A stretch of 64,000 bases of DNA from Myxococcota bacterium (GTDB taxonomy: Bacteria; Myxococcota_A; UBA9160; SZUA-336): contig JBBDXF010000029.1 of the NCBI GenBank assembly GCA_040902485.1, positions 244,318 to 308,317 on the forward strand. The letters are read 5' to 3'. Under the pieces are notes generated by a model. It was not told the DNA's origin and did no database searches. It saw only the letters and a list, made by a program, of their open reading frames with translations. Shown piece by piece: positions 9,644-18,942 of the stretch. Within the stretch, counting starts at the first letter, position 1. Each line of letters opens with the position of its first letter. A program made the position numbers and the translations under genes.

Positions 9644-10515
9644 CAGCCGCGCGTCTTGCGGATCACGCGCTCGGCGTAGCCCTCGAGGTAGCGGCGCTTG
9701 TCCGCGAGCGACGACGTCGGACCGAGCGTGTACAGGAATGGGTAGCTGACGGTGCCGTGCGCGCCCTGGTCTTCGAGCCGGCGCAGCACGTCGGGATCGG
9801 GCGGCGTGGTGAGTGGAACCACGGCTTCGAAGGGCAGCCGCTCGCGGCCGGCCTCGCGCCGCAGCCGCGCGATCTCGCCGAGGATGCGCGACGCCTCGGC
9901 GGGGTCCGAGCCGTTGCCGAGCCAGCCGTCGCCGGAGCGCGCGGCGCGGCGCAGCGCGATGTTGCTCGCGCCACCGACGTAGATCGGCACGGGACGCGCG
10001 GGCGCGGGGCTCATCTGCAGGCGCGGGAAAGCGAAGAAACGCCCCTGGTGCTCGACCATGCCGCCGGCCCACAGCTTGCGCAGCACCGCGATCGACTCGT
10101 CGAAGCGCGCACCGCGGGTTTGGAAGTCGACGCCGAGCTGGTCGAACTCCTCCTTCATCCAGCCCGCGCCCACGCCCAGGATGAATCGACCGCCGGAGAG
10201 CACGTCGAGCGTGGCGGTCGCCTTGGCGACCTCGAGCGGCTGCCGCAGCGGCAGGATGTAGACCATGGTCGCGAAGCGCAGGCGCTTCGTGACCGAGCTC
10301 ATCGCGCCGACCAGCGAGAACGGCTCGGGCCAGGCGGTCTCGGCGCTGAAGCCGGGAACACCGTCCGGTGTGTAGGGATACTTCGAGCGCAGCTGCTCGG
10401 GGAAGAACAGGTGGTCCGAGACCAGGATGCCGTCGAAGCCGACCTCTTCCGCGATCCTGGCGATCTCGACCAGCTGATCGGGCTCGGTGAACGAGACGGC
10501 CTGCCAGAACTTCAT
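9643..10515 (-). CDS. LLM class flavin/F420-dependent oxidoreductase (luciferase-like monooxygenase family)
   Basis: MKFWQAVSFTEPDQLVEIARIAEEVGFDGILVSDHLF is a luciferase-like TIM-barrel signature. ATGA overlap with the upstream secreted-protein gene. Confidence 0.75.
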   Translation of the reverse strand: MKFWQAVSFTEPDQLVEIARIAEEVGFDGILVSDHLFFPEQLRSKYPYTPDGVPGFSAETAWPEPFSLVGAMSSVTKRLRFATMVYILPLRQPLEVAKATATLDVLSGGRFILGVGAGWMKEEFDQLGVDFQTRGARFDESIAVLRKLWAGGMVEHQGRFFAFPRLQMSPAPARPVPIYVGGASNIALRRAARSGDGWLGNGSDPAEASRILGEIARLRREAGRERLPFEAVVPLTTPPDPDVLRRLEDQGAHGTVSYPFLYTLGPTSSLADKRRYLEGYAERVIRKTRG

Positions 10516-11156
10516 GGTCCTTGCTCCTTCGCTCCGGGCTTGCCCGGATCGACGACCGCGAGCGGCCTCGGCGCGGGGCTGTAGATCCGGTCGCCCTCCT
10601 TCGAGCCGTCGAGATTCGAGGCGTTGCCCGCGCCGTAGAACGCGATGCGGCCGACCGCGGGCGCGGGCGCGATCCAGTCGAAGGTCCACGCGTGTCCGCC
10701 GGCTTCGCCGACGCCGGTGCCGAAGTACGAGTGGCTCACGTACTCGCGGTTGCCGACGGTGCCGCGGATCAGCTGCGTGTTGGGGTTGTCGGTGACGACG
10801 AACGCGCCCGCGCCGGCGAGCGACTTCGCGCCGACGGCGGTGAGCTGGAAGCCCCAGCGTCTGCGCTCGTCGTCGGGGTGCCGCACTTCGAGCGTCAGCG
10901 TGTAGCGCTCACCGGGGACGTAGCGCTCGGGCAGTCCCGAAAGCGCGAGCACGCCGCGCCCGTCGGAGTTGATCGGGAAGCCCGTGTGACACGACGTGCA
11001 GGTGGGCTCGGCGTCGAAGCCGCCGCCGCCGGGCACCCCCGCCGAGCCGGGTTGCGGAGCGGTCGACGACGAAGACGCCGGTGCCGCCAGAGTGAGGACG
11101 AGCGCTGCAATCCCCGGGGCGATCCGCGCGAGACGCAAGCGGATTCGATCCCTCAA
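10512..11156 (-). CDS. secreted hypothetical protein with a single CxxCH motif
   Basis: TTG start at 11156, preceded by GGGAGGGAG 7 nt upstream. Signal peptide MRDRIRLRLARIAPGIAALVLTLAAPASS. CTSCH motif present. First gene of a four-gene minus-strand operon. Confidence 0.45.
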   Translation of the reverse strand: MRDRIRLRLARIAPGIAALVLTLAAPASSSSTAPQPGSAGVPGGGGFDAEPTCTSCHTGFPINSDGRGVLALSGLPERYVPGERYTLTLEVRHPDDERRRWGFQLTAVGAKSLAGAGAFVVTDNPNTQLIRGTVGNREYVSHSYFGTGVGEAGGHAWTFDWIAPAPAVGRIAFYGAGNASNLDGSKEGDRIYSPAPRPLAVVDPGKPGAKEQGP

Positions 11157-11240
11157 TGAGACGCTCCCTCCCGGATCCTCTCTGGCGCACTCCTCGACTC
11201 CGCCCCTTCCCGTGCGGCACCGACGCCTTCGTCGCGGCGA

Positions 11241-11256
11241 TTGGAACACGTTCCAG
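11241..11256. promoter_or_regulatory. KstR-like palindromic operator TTGGAACACGTTCCAG, upstream of the secreted protein / LLM / acyl-CoA synthetase / hydrolase operon
   Basis: Imperfect palindrome matching TnnAACnnGTTnnA. The same motif recurs at 31386, 35745 and 35791. Confidence 0.5.
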
Positions 11257-11318
11257 TTAGCGCGACAAGCGTCTTCTCACGTCGGTGGGACGCGCGGCCG
11301 TCCGCGCGCCGCGACCCA

Positions 11319-12146
11319 TCAGAATTTCAGGCCGTAGTCGAGCCAGATGCACATGGAATGGGCGGTGCGCATGCCGGCGCGCTCCATGTTGGCCTGGCTA
11401 GTGCCGCCGAACGGCGTGGTGCTGATCACGTGACGGCAGCCCGCCGCTCTTGCATCGCGCCATCGACGCGAGATCAGCGCGGCTTGCGCGCCGCGCCCGC
11501 GCGCTTCGGGCAGCGTCGCCGACACGCACAGGTAGCCGACGTCGCCGTGCAGGTAGAGTCCGCCGCACGCGATCGGCTCGCCGTCGAGCAGCGCCAGGTA
11601 GCGCTCCATGCCGGGCACGCTGAACCAGGCCGCGCGCATGCGCTTCACGTCGCTCATCAGGAATTCGGGCAGCGCGAAGCCGCGCGCCCACAGCTCGAGG
11701 AACAGCTCCAGCTCCTCGAAGGGCGACGACCGCACCAGCACCGCCGAAGCGCGCGGCGCGATCAACGCTTCGATCGGCGCGTGCACGGCGCTCTCGATGC
11801 GCTCGACGCCGACGCGCTCGATCGCGAGCTGCAGCGCGAGCGCGGAGGTGAGCTCCGCGGGTCCGATCTCGAAGCGCGCGCGGATGCCGCGCGAGCGGAA
11901 GAAGTCGAGGATCTCGGGAATCGCGCGCGCGTCCTGCAGCTCGAGCCCGACCACGCGGTTGTACCACTCGACCATCGCGAGCTTGGCCGAGAGCGTGGCG
12001 GTCGCGCGGCCGAAGCGTTGGATCTCGACCTCGAACGGATTGCCCTCGAGGGCGGCCGTCGCGCGCATGCCCTCGACGTGCAGCGCCTCGTGCGCGAGCG
12101 CGAGCTTGCGCGCGAGGGCGATCGAGCTGACGGGCGCGTCGGCCAT
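11319..12146 (-). CDS. GNAT family N-acetyltransferase
   Basis: C-terminal acetyl-CoA binding region (…RGRGAQAALISRR…). Start at MADAPVSS. The upstream part of the 564-aa track ORF is Arg-rich antisense junk. Confidence 0.6.
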   Translation of the reverse strand: MADAPVSSIALARKLALAHEALHVEGMRATAALEGNPFEVEIQRFGRATATLSAKLAMVEWYNRVVGLELQDARAIPEILDFFRSRGIRARFEIGPAELTSALALQLAIERVGVERIESAVHAPIEALIAPRASAVLVRSSPFEELELFLELWARGFALPEFLMSDVKRMRAAWFSVPGMERYLALLDGEPIACGGLYLHGDVGYLCVSATLPEARGRGAQAALISRRWRDARAAGCRHVISTTPFGGTSQANMERAGMRTAHSMCIWLDYGLKF

Positions 12147-12169
12147 CGCTTGCCGGGCCGCGCCGGGCG

Positions 12170-12844
12170 TCACTCGAGCTCGAAGTTGATCTTGGTCTGG
12201 CGCAGCGCCGGGAGTGCGCTGCGATCGGTCAAGCCGAGCATGGTCGGGTCGATGCGCGCGCGCGAGATGGCATCGATCGCGGCGCCGCCGAGCAGCGGGT
12301 GCGGCGCGGAGAGCACACGGATCTGTGTCGCCTGGCCGTCCTCGTTCACCTGGAACGCGACCACCACGGTTCCGCCCACACCCAGGCCGAGCGCGAGATC
12401 CGGATAGCGGATGTCGGGATACTCGAGCACGACCTCCTCGAGGAAGCCCCACTCGGCCAGGTCGTCGCCACCGGCCTCGGGCGCGTTCGCGGCCGCGTCG
12501 ACGTCGAGCCGCTGCACCGCCGCGCGCGCCTGCGCGACCAGCTCGCTGGTCGGGTACTGATCGACGACGTAGCGGTAGTGCGCCTCGGCCGGCTCGCGCT
12601 GCCCGAGCGCCTCGAGGCAGCGTCCGCGCAGCACGAGCGCCCGGGCCGCGACCTGCGGGTCGAGATTCGCGCTGGCTTCCGCGAGCTCGGTCGCCTGCAG
12701 CGCCTTCGCGTAGCGGCCCGCGTCGTAGAAGCGCTGTGCCTTGGCCAGCGCGGCCTGGCGCGGGTCGCGAACGGTCGCGCAGCCGGCGCACAGAAGCGCG
12801 AGAACCGAGACCAGTACGCCGGTGGCGAGGATGCGTGTCTTCAT
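12170..12844 (-). CDS. lipoprotein with TPR-like region and TonB C-terminal domain
   Basis: MKTRILATGVLVSVLALLCAGC is a lipobox. The C-terminus (YPDLALGLGVGGTVVVAFQVNEDGQATQIRVLSAPHPLLGGAAIDAISRARIDP) resembles the TonB_C fold. Confidence 0.6.
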   Translation of the reverse strand: MKTRILATGVLVSVLALLCAGCATVRDPRQAALAKAQRFYDAGRYAKALQATELAEASANLDPQVAARALVLRGRCLEALGQREPAEAHYRYVVDQYPTSELVAQARAAVQRLDVDAAANAPEAGGDDLAEWGFLEEVVLEYPDIRYPDLALGLGVGGTVVVAFQVNEDGQATQIRVLSAPHPLLGGAAIDAISRARIDPTMLGLTDRSALPALRQTKINFELE

Positions 12845-13113
12845 GGTGGGCGGCCTCCGCGACTCGATCGCGAAGCGTATCGGTGTCACCCCGCCGCGGC
12901 TTTTGCGCGCGGGCGCGCGCGTCGCGCCCGGCCGCCAGCGTCGGTTGACAAGCGCGACGATGATGAACAGCTGCGGCCGATCGCGACCGGGCGTTTCCGC
13001 CGAGAACGTCCATGCGCTGCGCTCGCTCGGCGTGACCGCGATGCGGCTCGACGCGAAATTCGGCGGGCTCGGCATGGGTCCCGAGGCGCTACGCTGGCGG
13101 GTCCCGCGGGGAC

Positions 13114-14268
13114 CTAGGCGCGCCGCTCCGGCAGCTCGACACCGAGCTGCGTCAGGACCTCGGTCGCGTAGCTGCCGGCGGGGAGCGCGAAGCGGAGCCA
13201 GAGCGTCTGCGCGTCGATCTCGAGCTGCGGCGCTTCGAGGAACGGAACCAGCAGCGCGCGGCGATCGCCCCGGCTCGCGAGCGGGCCGCGCCCCGCGAGG
13301 GCGTCCCAGTCGACGCCGGTGGGGGCGCTAAACGACCGTTCCTCCGCGGCGATCGCGGCGCTCGGCGCGTACATCTCGCCGCCGGGCAGCGGCCCGGTCG
13401 CGAAGATCTCGAGCGCGCCGGGAGCCGCGCGCGCGTTCAGCGCCTCGACCTCCTCGGGCAGACAGCGGAACACACCGCCCATGCGCCGGCGCGCGACGTC
13501 GCCCGCGCGAAGCGTGTGCAAGAGGCCCGCGCGACTGCGCGCGTCGAGCACGGAGTTGAAGACCGCACTCTGCGCCGCCGACGCGATCAGCTTCGCGAAG
13601 CGCGAGCCCGCGGCTCGCAGCGCCCCTGCTGCGTCGTCGGGCGCGCGGCGCAGCGCGCCGAGCACGCGCCCGGTCGGCCCCGGTCGGAAGCCCGAGGGCA
13701 GCGCCTGGCCGGGACGCCAGGCCCCCGACGCATCGACACACAGCGACGCCGCGTGCGCGAAATCGCCGCGCGCCCAGGCGTTCGCGATCGCCACGTTCGC
13801 ACCGGCATGGCCGAAGCGCTGCGCTCCGAAGCGGTTCTCGACACCGAAGCGCGTCAGGCGCTCGAGCCGATCGCGCAACGTCGCCGGCTCGCTCGGGTCT
13901 GCGAGCCCCTCGAGCCCGAGTCGGAAGCGATTGCCGCGGAGCTGCCCGAGGCGCAGCTTGCCGCGGTCGCGCGAGACCTCGAGCACGGAGACCCGCCCGC
14001 CGGAAGGCGCCGTCACGCGGCGCAGCGCGGCCTCGTCGGCGAGTCGCACGCTGAACCACTGGCGCGCGATGGCCGCGCGATCCTTGCGCCCGGCGTAGCC
14101 GACGTCGCGCGGCGGCCGGCCGGTGGCGCGGCACAGCGCCTCGACCACCTGCTCCGAGTCGACGCCCTCCTTCTCGATCCACGCGTACAGGTGCTCGCCC
14201 GATCCCGCCGGGTCGTAGGTCGGAAGCTCGGTGACCTCGAAGTGTCTCGCGCCGGCGCGGAGTCGCAT
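13114..14268 (-). CDS. truD: tRNA pseudouridine(13) synthase TruD
   Basis: VGYAGRKDRAAIARQWFSV matches the TruD catalytic GxKD motif. Length (384 aa) fits. Confidence 0.6.
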   Translation of the reverse strand: MRLRAGARHFEVTELPTYDPAGSGEHLYAWIEKEGVDSEQVVEALCRATGRPPRDVGYAGRKDRAAIARQWFSVRLADEAALRRVTAPSGGRVSVLEVSRDRGKLRLGQLRGNRFRLGLEGLADPSEPATLRDRLERLTRFGVENRFGAQRFGHAGANVAIANAWARGDFAHAASLCVDASGAWRPGQALPSGFRPGPTGRVLGALRRAPDDAAGALRAAGSRFAKLIASAAQSAVFNSVLDARSRAGLLHTLRAGDVARRRMGGVFRCLPEEVEALNARAAPGALEIFATGPLPGGEMYAPSAAIAAEERSFSAPTGVDWDALAGRGPLASRGDRRALLVPFLEAPQLEIDAQTLWLRFALPAGSYATEVLTQLGVELPERRA

Positions 14269-14284
14269 CCGCCGGCACGATAGC

Positions 14285-15553
14285 TCAGCCGCGCGACGGC
14301 CGGGTCTGCGCCTGCTGCTGCTGTTGCTCGTGCCGGAGTCGCTGCGCCTTCAGGAACGTCAGATAGCTCTCGGCCGCGCGCCGGACCTTCTCGTCGCCCG
14401 AGGCCACGCGGAACGCGCGCTCCGCTTCGTCGAAGCGATCGGAGCCGAGCTGCGCGACGCCGATCAGGAGCTGAACCGAGCCGCGCTGGTCGGGCTTCGA
14501 CTTGGCGAGCGCCTTCTCGAGCGCCTCGATCGCGGGCGCGAAGCGCTCGCGCTGCAGGTACATCTGGCCGAGCAGCATGTACATGTCGCCGTCGGTCGCG
14601 AGCTCGCCCGCCTTCGCGAGTGGCTCGAGCGCCTTGTCGTTGTCGCGCGCCGCGATGTAGCAGTTCGACATCAGCTTGTACGACTCGGCGTCGGGCTTCA
14701 CCACCTCAGACGCCATGCCCATCTCGATCACCTGCGCGCACTCGTAGGGCTGCTGGCGCAGGAAGAGCAGGCGCGCGAGCTGGCGCACTTCCTTGTCCTC
14801 GCGCAAGAGCTTCGCTTCGTTGGCGAGCTGCAGCGTCGCCAGCGCCCTGGCCTCGCGCTCGAGATGCTTCTGCACCGCGGCGAGCTGGACCCAGTACTGC
14901 GGCTTGCCGGGCGAGATCGCGATCAGCTGCTCGAGCGTCGCCGCCACGTTCGGGTAGTCCTTCTGCTGGCTGTAGATCACGACCAGCAGCGCCACCCAGC
15001 TCTCGCGCGGCTCGGGGCTGAGCTCGACCGCTCGTCTCGCGGGCTCGACGGCCTCGGCGAAGCGCTCCTGCTGCACCAGGATCATCGCCTTCAGGTAGTA
15101 CGCGTCGGGCTTCGGGCTCTGCGCCGCCTGGAACCAGATGTTCATCAGCGCCAGCGCGGAGTCGTACCGGCCGACCTGGGTGTAGATCTGCGCGAGCGAG
15201 TAGATCATCACCTGCTCGGCTTGCGGATCGAGCGCCTTCTGCGCGAGTGACTTCTCGAACTCGGCGGCGGCCTGCTCGCTCATGCCCTTGTTCACGTAGA
15301 TGTAGCCGCGGAAGCGGTGGATCTGCGCGATCTCGGGGGCCTTGAGCCGGCGGCGCTCGGCGAGGTCGTTCACGAGCGCGAGCGACTCGTCGTACTCGTC
15401 GTTCTGCAGCAGCTCGTAGGCCGCGAGCAGCTTCTCCGCGACCGGCTTGCTGATCCCGGTGCCCTTGGCCTTGGCGTCCGCGCGCGCCGCCGTCGGCGCG
15501 AGGAGCAGAGCCAGCGCGAGCGCGGCCACGCCGAGGATCCTGGAGCCCGTCAT
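14285..15553 (-). CDS. TPR-repeat protein (TtpD-like, last gene of the TonB2-type cluster)
   Basis: Signal peptide followed by multiple TPR-like helical repeats. Immediately downstream of tonB. Confidence 0.7.
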   Translation of the reverse strand: MTGSRILGVAALALALLLAPTAARADAKAKGTGISKPVAEKLLAAYELLQNDEYDESLALVNDLAERRRLKAPEIAQIHRFRGYIYVNKGMSEQAAAEFEKSLAQKALDPQAEQVMIYSLAQIYTQVGRYDSALALMNIWFQAAQSPKPDAYYLKAMILVQQERFAEAVEPARRAVELSPEPRESWVALLVVIYSQQKDYPNVAATLEQLIAISPGKPQYWVQLAAVQKHLEREARALATLQLANEAKLLREDKEVRQLARLLFLRQQPYECAQVIEMGMASEVVKPDAESYKLMSNCYIAARDNDKALEPLAKAGELATDGDMYMLLGQMYLQRERFAPAIEALEKALAKSKPDQRGSVQLLIGVAQLGSDRFDEAERAFRVASGDEKVRRAAESYLTFLKAQRLRHEQQQQQAQTRPSRG

Positions 15554-15557
15554 GTCC

Positions 15558-16202
15558 CTACCCCTTCATCTTGAAGCGCACGACCACCTGCTGGCCCGGA
15601 GCCTCGGTGGGCTTGCCCGCCTGCATCTGCGGCTGGTATTTCCACTTGTTCACGGCCTGCAGCGCGTTGCGCTCGAACACCGCGTCGCTCGACTGGATCA
15701 CGGCCGCGTCCTTGACCGAGCCCGCGGTCGAGATCGTGAAGCGCACCTGCACCCAGCCCTCGAGCTTGCGACGCTGCGCCTGCGGCGGGTACTGCGGCTC
15801 GACGCGCACGAGCGGGAGCGGCGCGCGATCGGCGAGCCCGGCGTTGAAGCCGAGTCCGCCCATGCCGGTGCCGTCCCCACCGCCGCCGCCAGCAGAGCCG
15901 AACTCGGCGCCGAGCCCCGCGGCTAGCGCTTGCACGTCGAGCGCGGCGTCGAAGCCCTCCTCCTTCGCGACCGACAGCGTCGGCGTGACCGGCGCCTGTT
16001 GCGGCTTCTCGCGCTCGGGCTTCTCGCGCTTCTTCTCCTCGATCTCGGTCTCGCGGCGCAGGCGCACGAACTCGACCTTGGTCACGGCCGACGCCTGGTC
16101 GTGCGCGCCGCGCGCGTTGGTCAGCGCGCGCATGAAGCCGAACAGTCCCACCGTCACGAGGAACGCGAGCGCGAGCGCGATCGGGAAGCGGAGCATCGCC
16201 AC
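15558..16202 (-). CDS. tonB: energy transducer TonB
   Basis: N-terminal TM segment, a Pro/Glu/Lys-rich spacer (EKKREKPEREKPQQAPV), and a C-terminal TonB domain (EGWVQVRFTISTAGSVKDAAVIQSS). Confidence 0.75.
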   Translation of the reverse strand: MAMLRFPIALALAFLVTVGLFGFMRALTNARGAHDQASAVTKVEFVRLRRETEIEEKKREKPEREKPQQAPVTPTLSVAKEEGFDAALDVQALAAGLGAEFGSAGGGGGDGTGMGGLGFNAGLADRAPLPLVRVEPQYPPQAQRRKLEGWVQVRFTISTAGSVKDAAVIQSSDAVFERNALQAVNKWKYQPQMQAGKPTEAPGQQVVVRFKMKG

Positions 16203-16205
16203 GCC

Positions 16206-16622
16206 TCACTCGCCCCCCACGCTGGCCGCGCCGATCGCGACCTGCTTGATGCCGCCGAGCGTGACCTCGTCCATCACCTGCGCGAGCAGGCCGCTCTTGG
16301 CGGCCTTATCGGCGATCACCACCACGGTGTCCTCGGGCCGCTCGATGTGCAGCCGCTCGATCAGCGGCCGCACCTCGCGCAGGTCGACCTGGCGCCAGTC
16401 CATCCAGACCTCGCCGTTGGAACGGATCGCGATCAGGATGTTGCCGGAGTCGTCGTGCGTCGCGGTGAGCGCTTCCGCGCGATTCACCGTGACGCCCGCC
16501 TCGCGCACGAACGAGGTGGTGACGATGAAGAAGATCAAGAGGTTCAGGACGAAGTCGAGCATCGGCGCGAGGTCGATGCCGTGTTCGTCAGCGGAGCTGT
16601 CGGCGTGCCGGCGCGAGCGCAT
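16206..16622 (-). CDS. exbD: biopolymer transport protein ExbD/TolR
   Basis: DLAPMLDFVLNLLIFFIVT is a canonical ExbD TM motif. 138 aa. Confidence 0.8.
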   Translation of the reverse strand: MRSRRHADSSADEHGIDLAPMLDFVLNLLIFFIVTTSFVREAGVTVNRAEALTATHDDSGNILIAIRSNGEVWMDWRQVDLREVRPLIERLHIERPEDTVVVIADKAAKSGLLAQVMDEVTLGGIKQVAIGAASVGGE

Positions 16623-16625
16623 GAC

Positions 16626-17039
16626 TCACCTCGATGAGGTTCCGAAGGACACGTTCTCGACGCCACCCTGGCGCACCTGATCGATCACCGCGACCAAGAG
16701 CCCCGTCTCGGCGTTCTGCTCGGCCGTGACCCTCACGCCCCAGTCCGGTCTTTGGGCGTGCAGGCGCTCGACGTTGGCGCGCACCGCGCGCACGTCGACC
16801 TCGCGGCTGTCGACGAGCACTTCGCCCGACTGCTTGACGACGACGGAGATGCTGCCGGTCTCCTTGCCGACGGCCGGCCCGCCCGCGCCGCCGCCGTGGC
16901 GGCCGACGTTCATGCCGACCTCCTTCACGAAGACGGCCGTGATGATGAAGAAGATCAGCAGGTTCAGGACGAAGTCGAGCATCGGCGCGAGGTCGATGCC
17001 GGTCGAATCCTCGTGATCGAAGTGTCTGCGCAGCCGCAT
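16626..17039 (-). CDS. exbD: biopolymer transport protein ExbD/TolR (second copy)
   Basis: Paralog with the same DLAPMLDFVLNLLIFFI motif. 137 aa. Confidence 0.8.
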   Translation of the reverse strand: MRLRRHFDHEDSTGIDLAPMLDFVLNLLIFFIITAVFVKEVGMNVGRHGGGAGGPAVGKETGSISVVVKQSGEVLVDSREVDVRAVRANVERLHAQRPDWGVRVTAEQNAETGLLVAVIDQVRQGGVENVSFGTSSR

Positions 17040-17040
17040 G

Positions 17041-17577
17041 TCAGTACACCAGCCGGTCGCCGAGCAGCTCCGTCTCCCGGCGGATGCGCGACGTGAAGTA
17101 GTAGACGGGATACAGGCCGGTGATGCTGACCATCAGCCCGGTGAGCGTGCAGATCATCGCCATCGAGACGCCGCTGGCCATCGCGCGCGCGTCTGCGGAG
17201 CCGCGGATCGCCATCGAGTCGAACACCTCGAGCATGCCGCTCACCGTGCCGACCAGGCCGAGCAGCGGCGAGAGCGGCACCAGCACGCGCAGCAGCACCA
17301 GGTTCGCGTTCATCGCCGTGTTGACGCGCGAGATCGTCGCGCGGCGGATCTGGCGCGCGCACCACGAGCGGTGCTCGCCGCGCGCCTGCCAGGCGGCCAG
17401 CGCGTCGCGCGCCTGCTTCGGCAACACCAGCGCGAAGTACCAGGCGCGCTCGATCACGAGCGTCCACATCACGAAGCCGCACAGGAAGATGCCGACGACG
17501 AACGGACCGCCCTCGTCGATCAGGCTCGCGACGGCGCCGAGCGGCCAGAGCAGCGCCTCGACGGCGTTCTCAAGCAT
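17041..17577 (-). CDS. exbB: MotA/TolQ/ExbB proton channel protein
   Basis: Three TM segments and the conserved LGLVGTVSGM motif. 178 aa. Confidence 0.8.
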   Translation of the reverse strand: MLENAVEALLWPLGAVASLIDEGGPFVVGIFLCGFVMWTLVIERAWYFALVLPKQARDALAAWQARGEHRSWCARQIRRATISRVNTAMNANLVLLRVLVPLSPLLGLVGTVSGMLEVFDSMAIRGSADARAMASGVSMAMICTLTGLMVSITGLYPVYYFTSRIRRETELLGDRLVY

Positions 17578-18937
17578 GCTGCGTCACTTCGCGGTGTCGC
17601 TCGAGACTCTCCGCCAGCAGCCCCGTGCTCTGCTCGTCGAGGATCTGCACGACCTGGCGCGAGAGCGAGGCGAGGCCCGCGTTCATGAACAGGAGCGGCA
17701 CGGCGATGCCGAGACCGAGCACCGTCGCGATCATCGCCTGACCGATGCCGTCGGCCATCAGCCGCGGATCGCTCGAGCCCGACTCGGTGATGCTCTGGAA
17801 GGTGATGATCATGCCGACGACCGTGCCGACCAGTCCGAGCAGCGGCCCCGCCGCCACCGCGAGGCGCAGGAAGGCCTGGAAGCGCTCCAGGCTCGGCACC
17901 TCGCGCAGCACCGCTTCGGAGATGCGCAGCTCGACCACCTCCGCGTCGGCCTCGATGTTCGCCGGGTCCGCTTTCACCGACGCCAGCACGCGGCCGAGCG
18001 GGTTGTCGTTCGAGAGCTGGTCGAGCCGGCCGAGCTGGCGCGTGACCGCGAGGCGCGTGCGGGTGAGGAAGAACGCCTGGTACGACGCGAGCAGGAAGCC
18101 GAGCACGCCGACGGCGATGATCACGTAGCCGACCGCCTCGCCCTTCTCGATGCGCTCCCACAGGTTCGGCCGCTGCACGATCATCGAGAGCAGCACGCCG
18201 CGCGACGGATCGACGGCCGCTGCCACGTAGCCTGCCTTTGCGGCCTGCAGGTTCCTCGCGAAGCTCACCAGGTCCGCGCCCGGCTGTCGCGAGAGCACGC
18301 TGAGTGAGCCGACGCTGGGCAGATAGCTGAGATAGCGGCCCTCCGACATGGCGATGAAGCCGCCGATGCGCACGACCTCGGCGTCCTGCGGCTTGCCGTC
18401 GGCGTCGACGATCGTGGTGCGGAAGCGCACGACCTGACCGCTCTCGGTCATCTCGCGCTGGATCTCGTACCAGAGCCGCTCGAGCTCCGCGATCGACGGC
18501 AGCTCCTTGGCCTTGCCGAGCCCCGCGAAGAACTCGTCGCGCTTGGGGAACTGCGCGCTCAAGAGCGAGTTGTACAGGATCGCCGAGCCGTCGCCGGCCA
18601 CCTGGCGCACCACGCCGAACAGCTCGCCGAGGCTGCCGAGGCGCTGGGTCATGCGCTCCTCGAGCTCCGCGAGCTTGACCTCGTTCGCGTCGAAGGTCGT
18701 GGAGAGCGCCTTGCTGCGCGCCTCGGCCGCGTCGCGCTCGCGCACGGCCTCGGCGAGCAGCGAAGCTTGTTTCTCGCGATTGGCGAGGAACGCCTTCTCG
18801 CGCGCGGCGTTCTCGCTCGCCTTGGCCGCGCGCGTGGTGCGCGTCTGCTCGAGCAGCTCGTCGAGGGATTCGACGGCGAAGGCGCGGCTCTCACCGAGCG
18901 CGAGCAGCAGCGCGATCGCGAGCGCGAGGGCCGACAT
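17570..18937 (-). CDS. MotA/TolQ/ExbB family protein with large N-terminal periplasmic coiled-coil domain (TtpC-like)
   Basis: Signal peptide MSALALAIALLLALG, a ~260-aa coiled-coil region, then the ExbB core (LGLVGTVVGMIITF). The upstream part of the 711-aa track ORF is rejected. Confidence 0.7.
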   Translation of the reverse strand: MSALALAIALLLALGESRAFAVESLDELLEQTRTTRAAKASENAAREKAFLANREKQASLLAEAVRERDAAEARSKALSTTFDANEVKLAELEERMTQRLGSLGELFGVVRQVAGDGSAILYNSLLSAQFPKRDEFFAGLGKAKELPSIAELERLWYEIQREMTESGQVVRFRTTIVDADGKPQDAEVVRIGGFIAMSEGRYLSYLPSVGSLSVLSRQPGADLVSFARNLQAAKAGYVAAAVDPSRGVLLSMIVQRPNLWERIEKGEAVGYVIIAVGVLGFLLASYQAFFLTRTRLAVTRQLGRLDQLSNDNPLGRVLASVKADPANIEADAEVVELRISEAVLREVPSLERFQAFLRLAVAAGPLLGLVGTVVGMIITFQSITESGSSDPRLMADGIGQAMIATVLGLGIAVPLLFMNAGLASLSRQVVQILDEQSTGLLAESLERHREVTQHA

Positions 18938-18942
18938 GCGCT

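Noticed and set aside
11241-12407. 388-aa plus-strand ORF opposite the GNAT gene
   Set aside because: No recognisable domains, Arg/Ala-rich, entirely antisense to the better-supported GNAT and lipoprotein genes.
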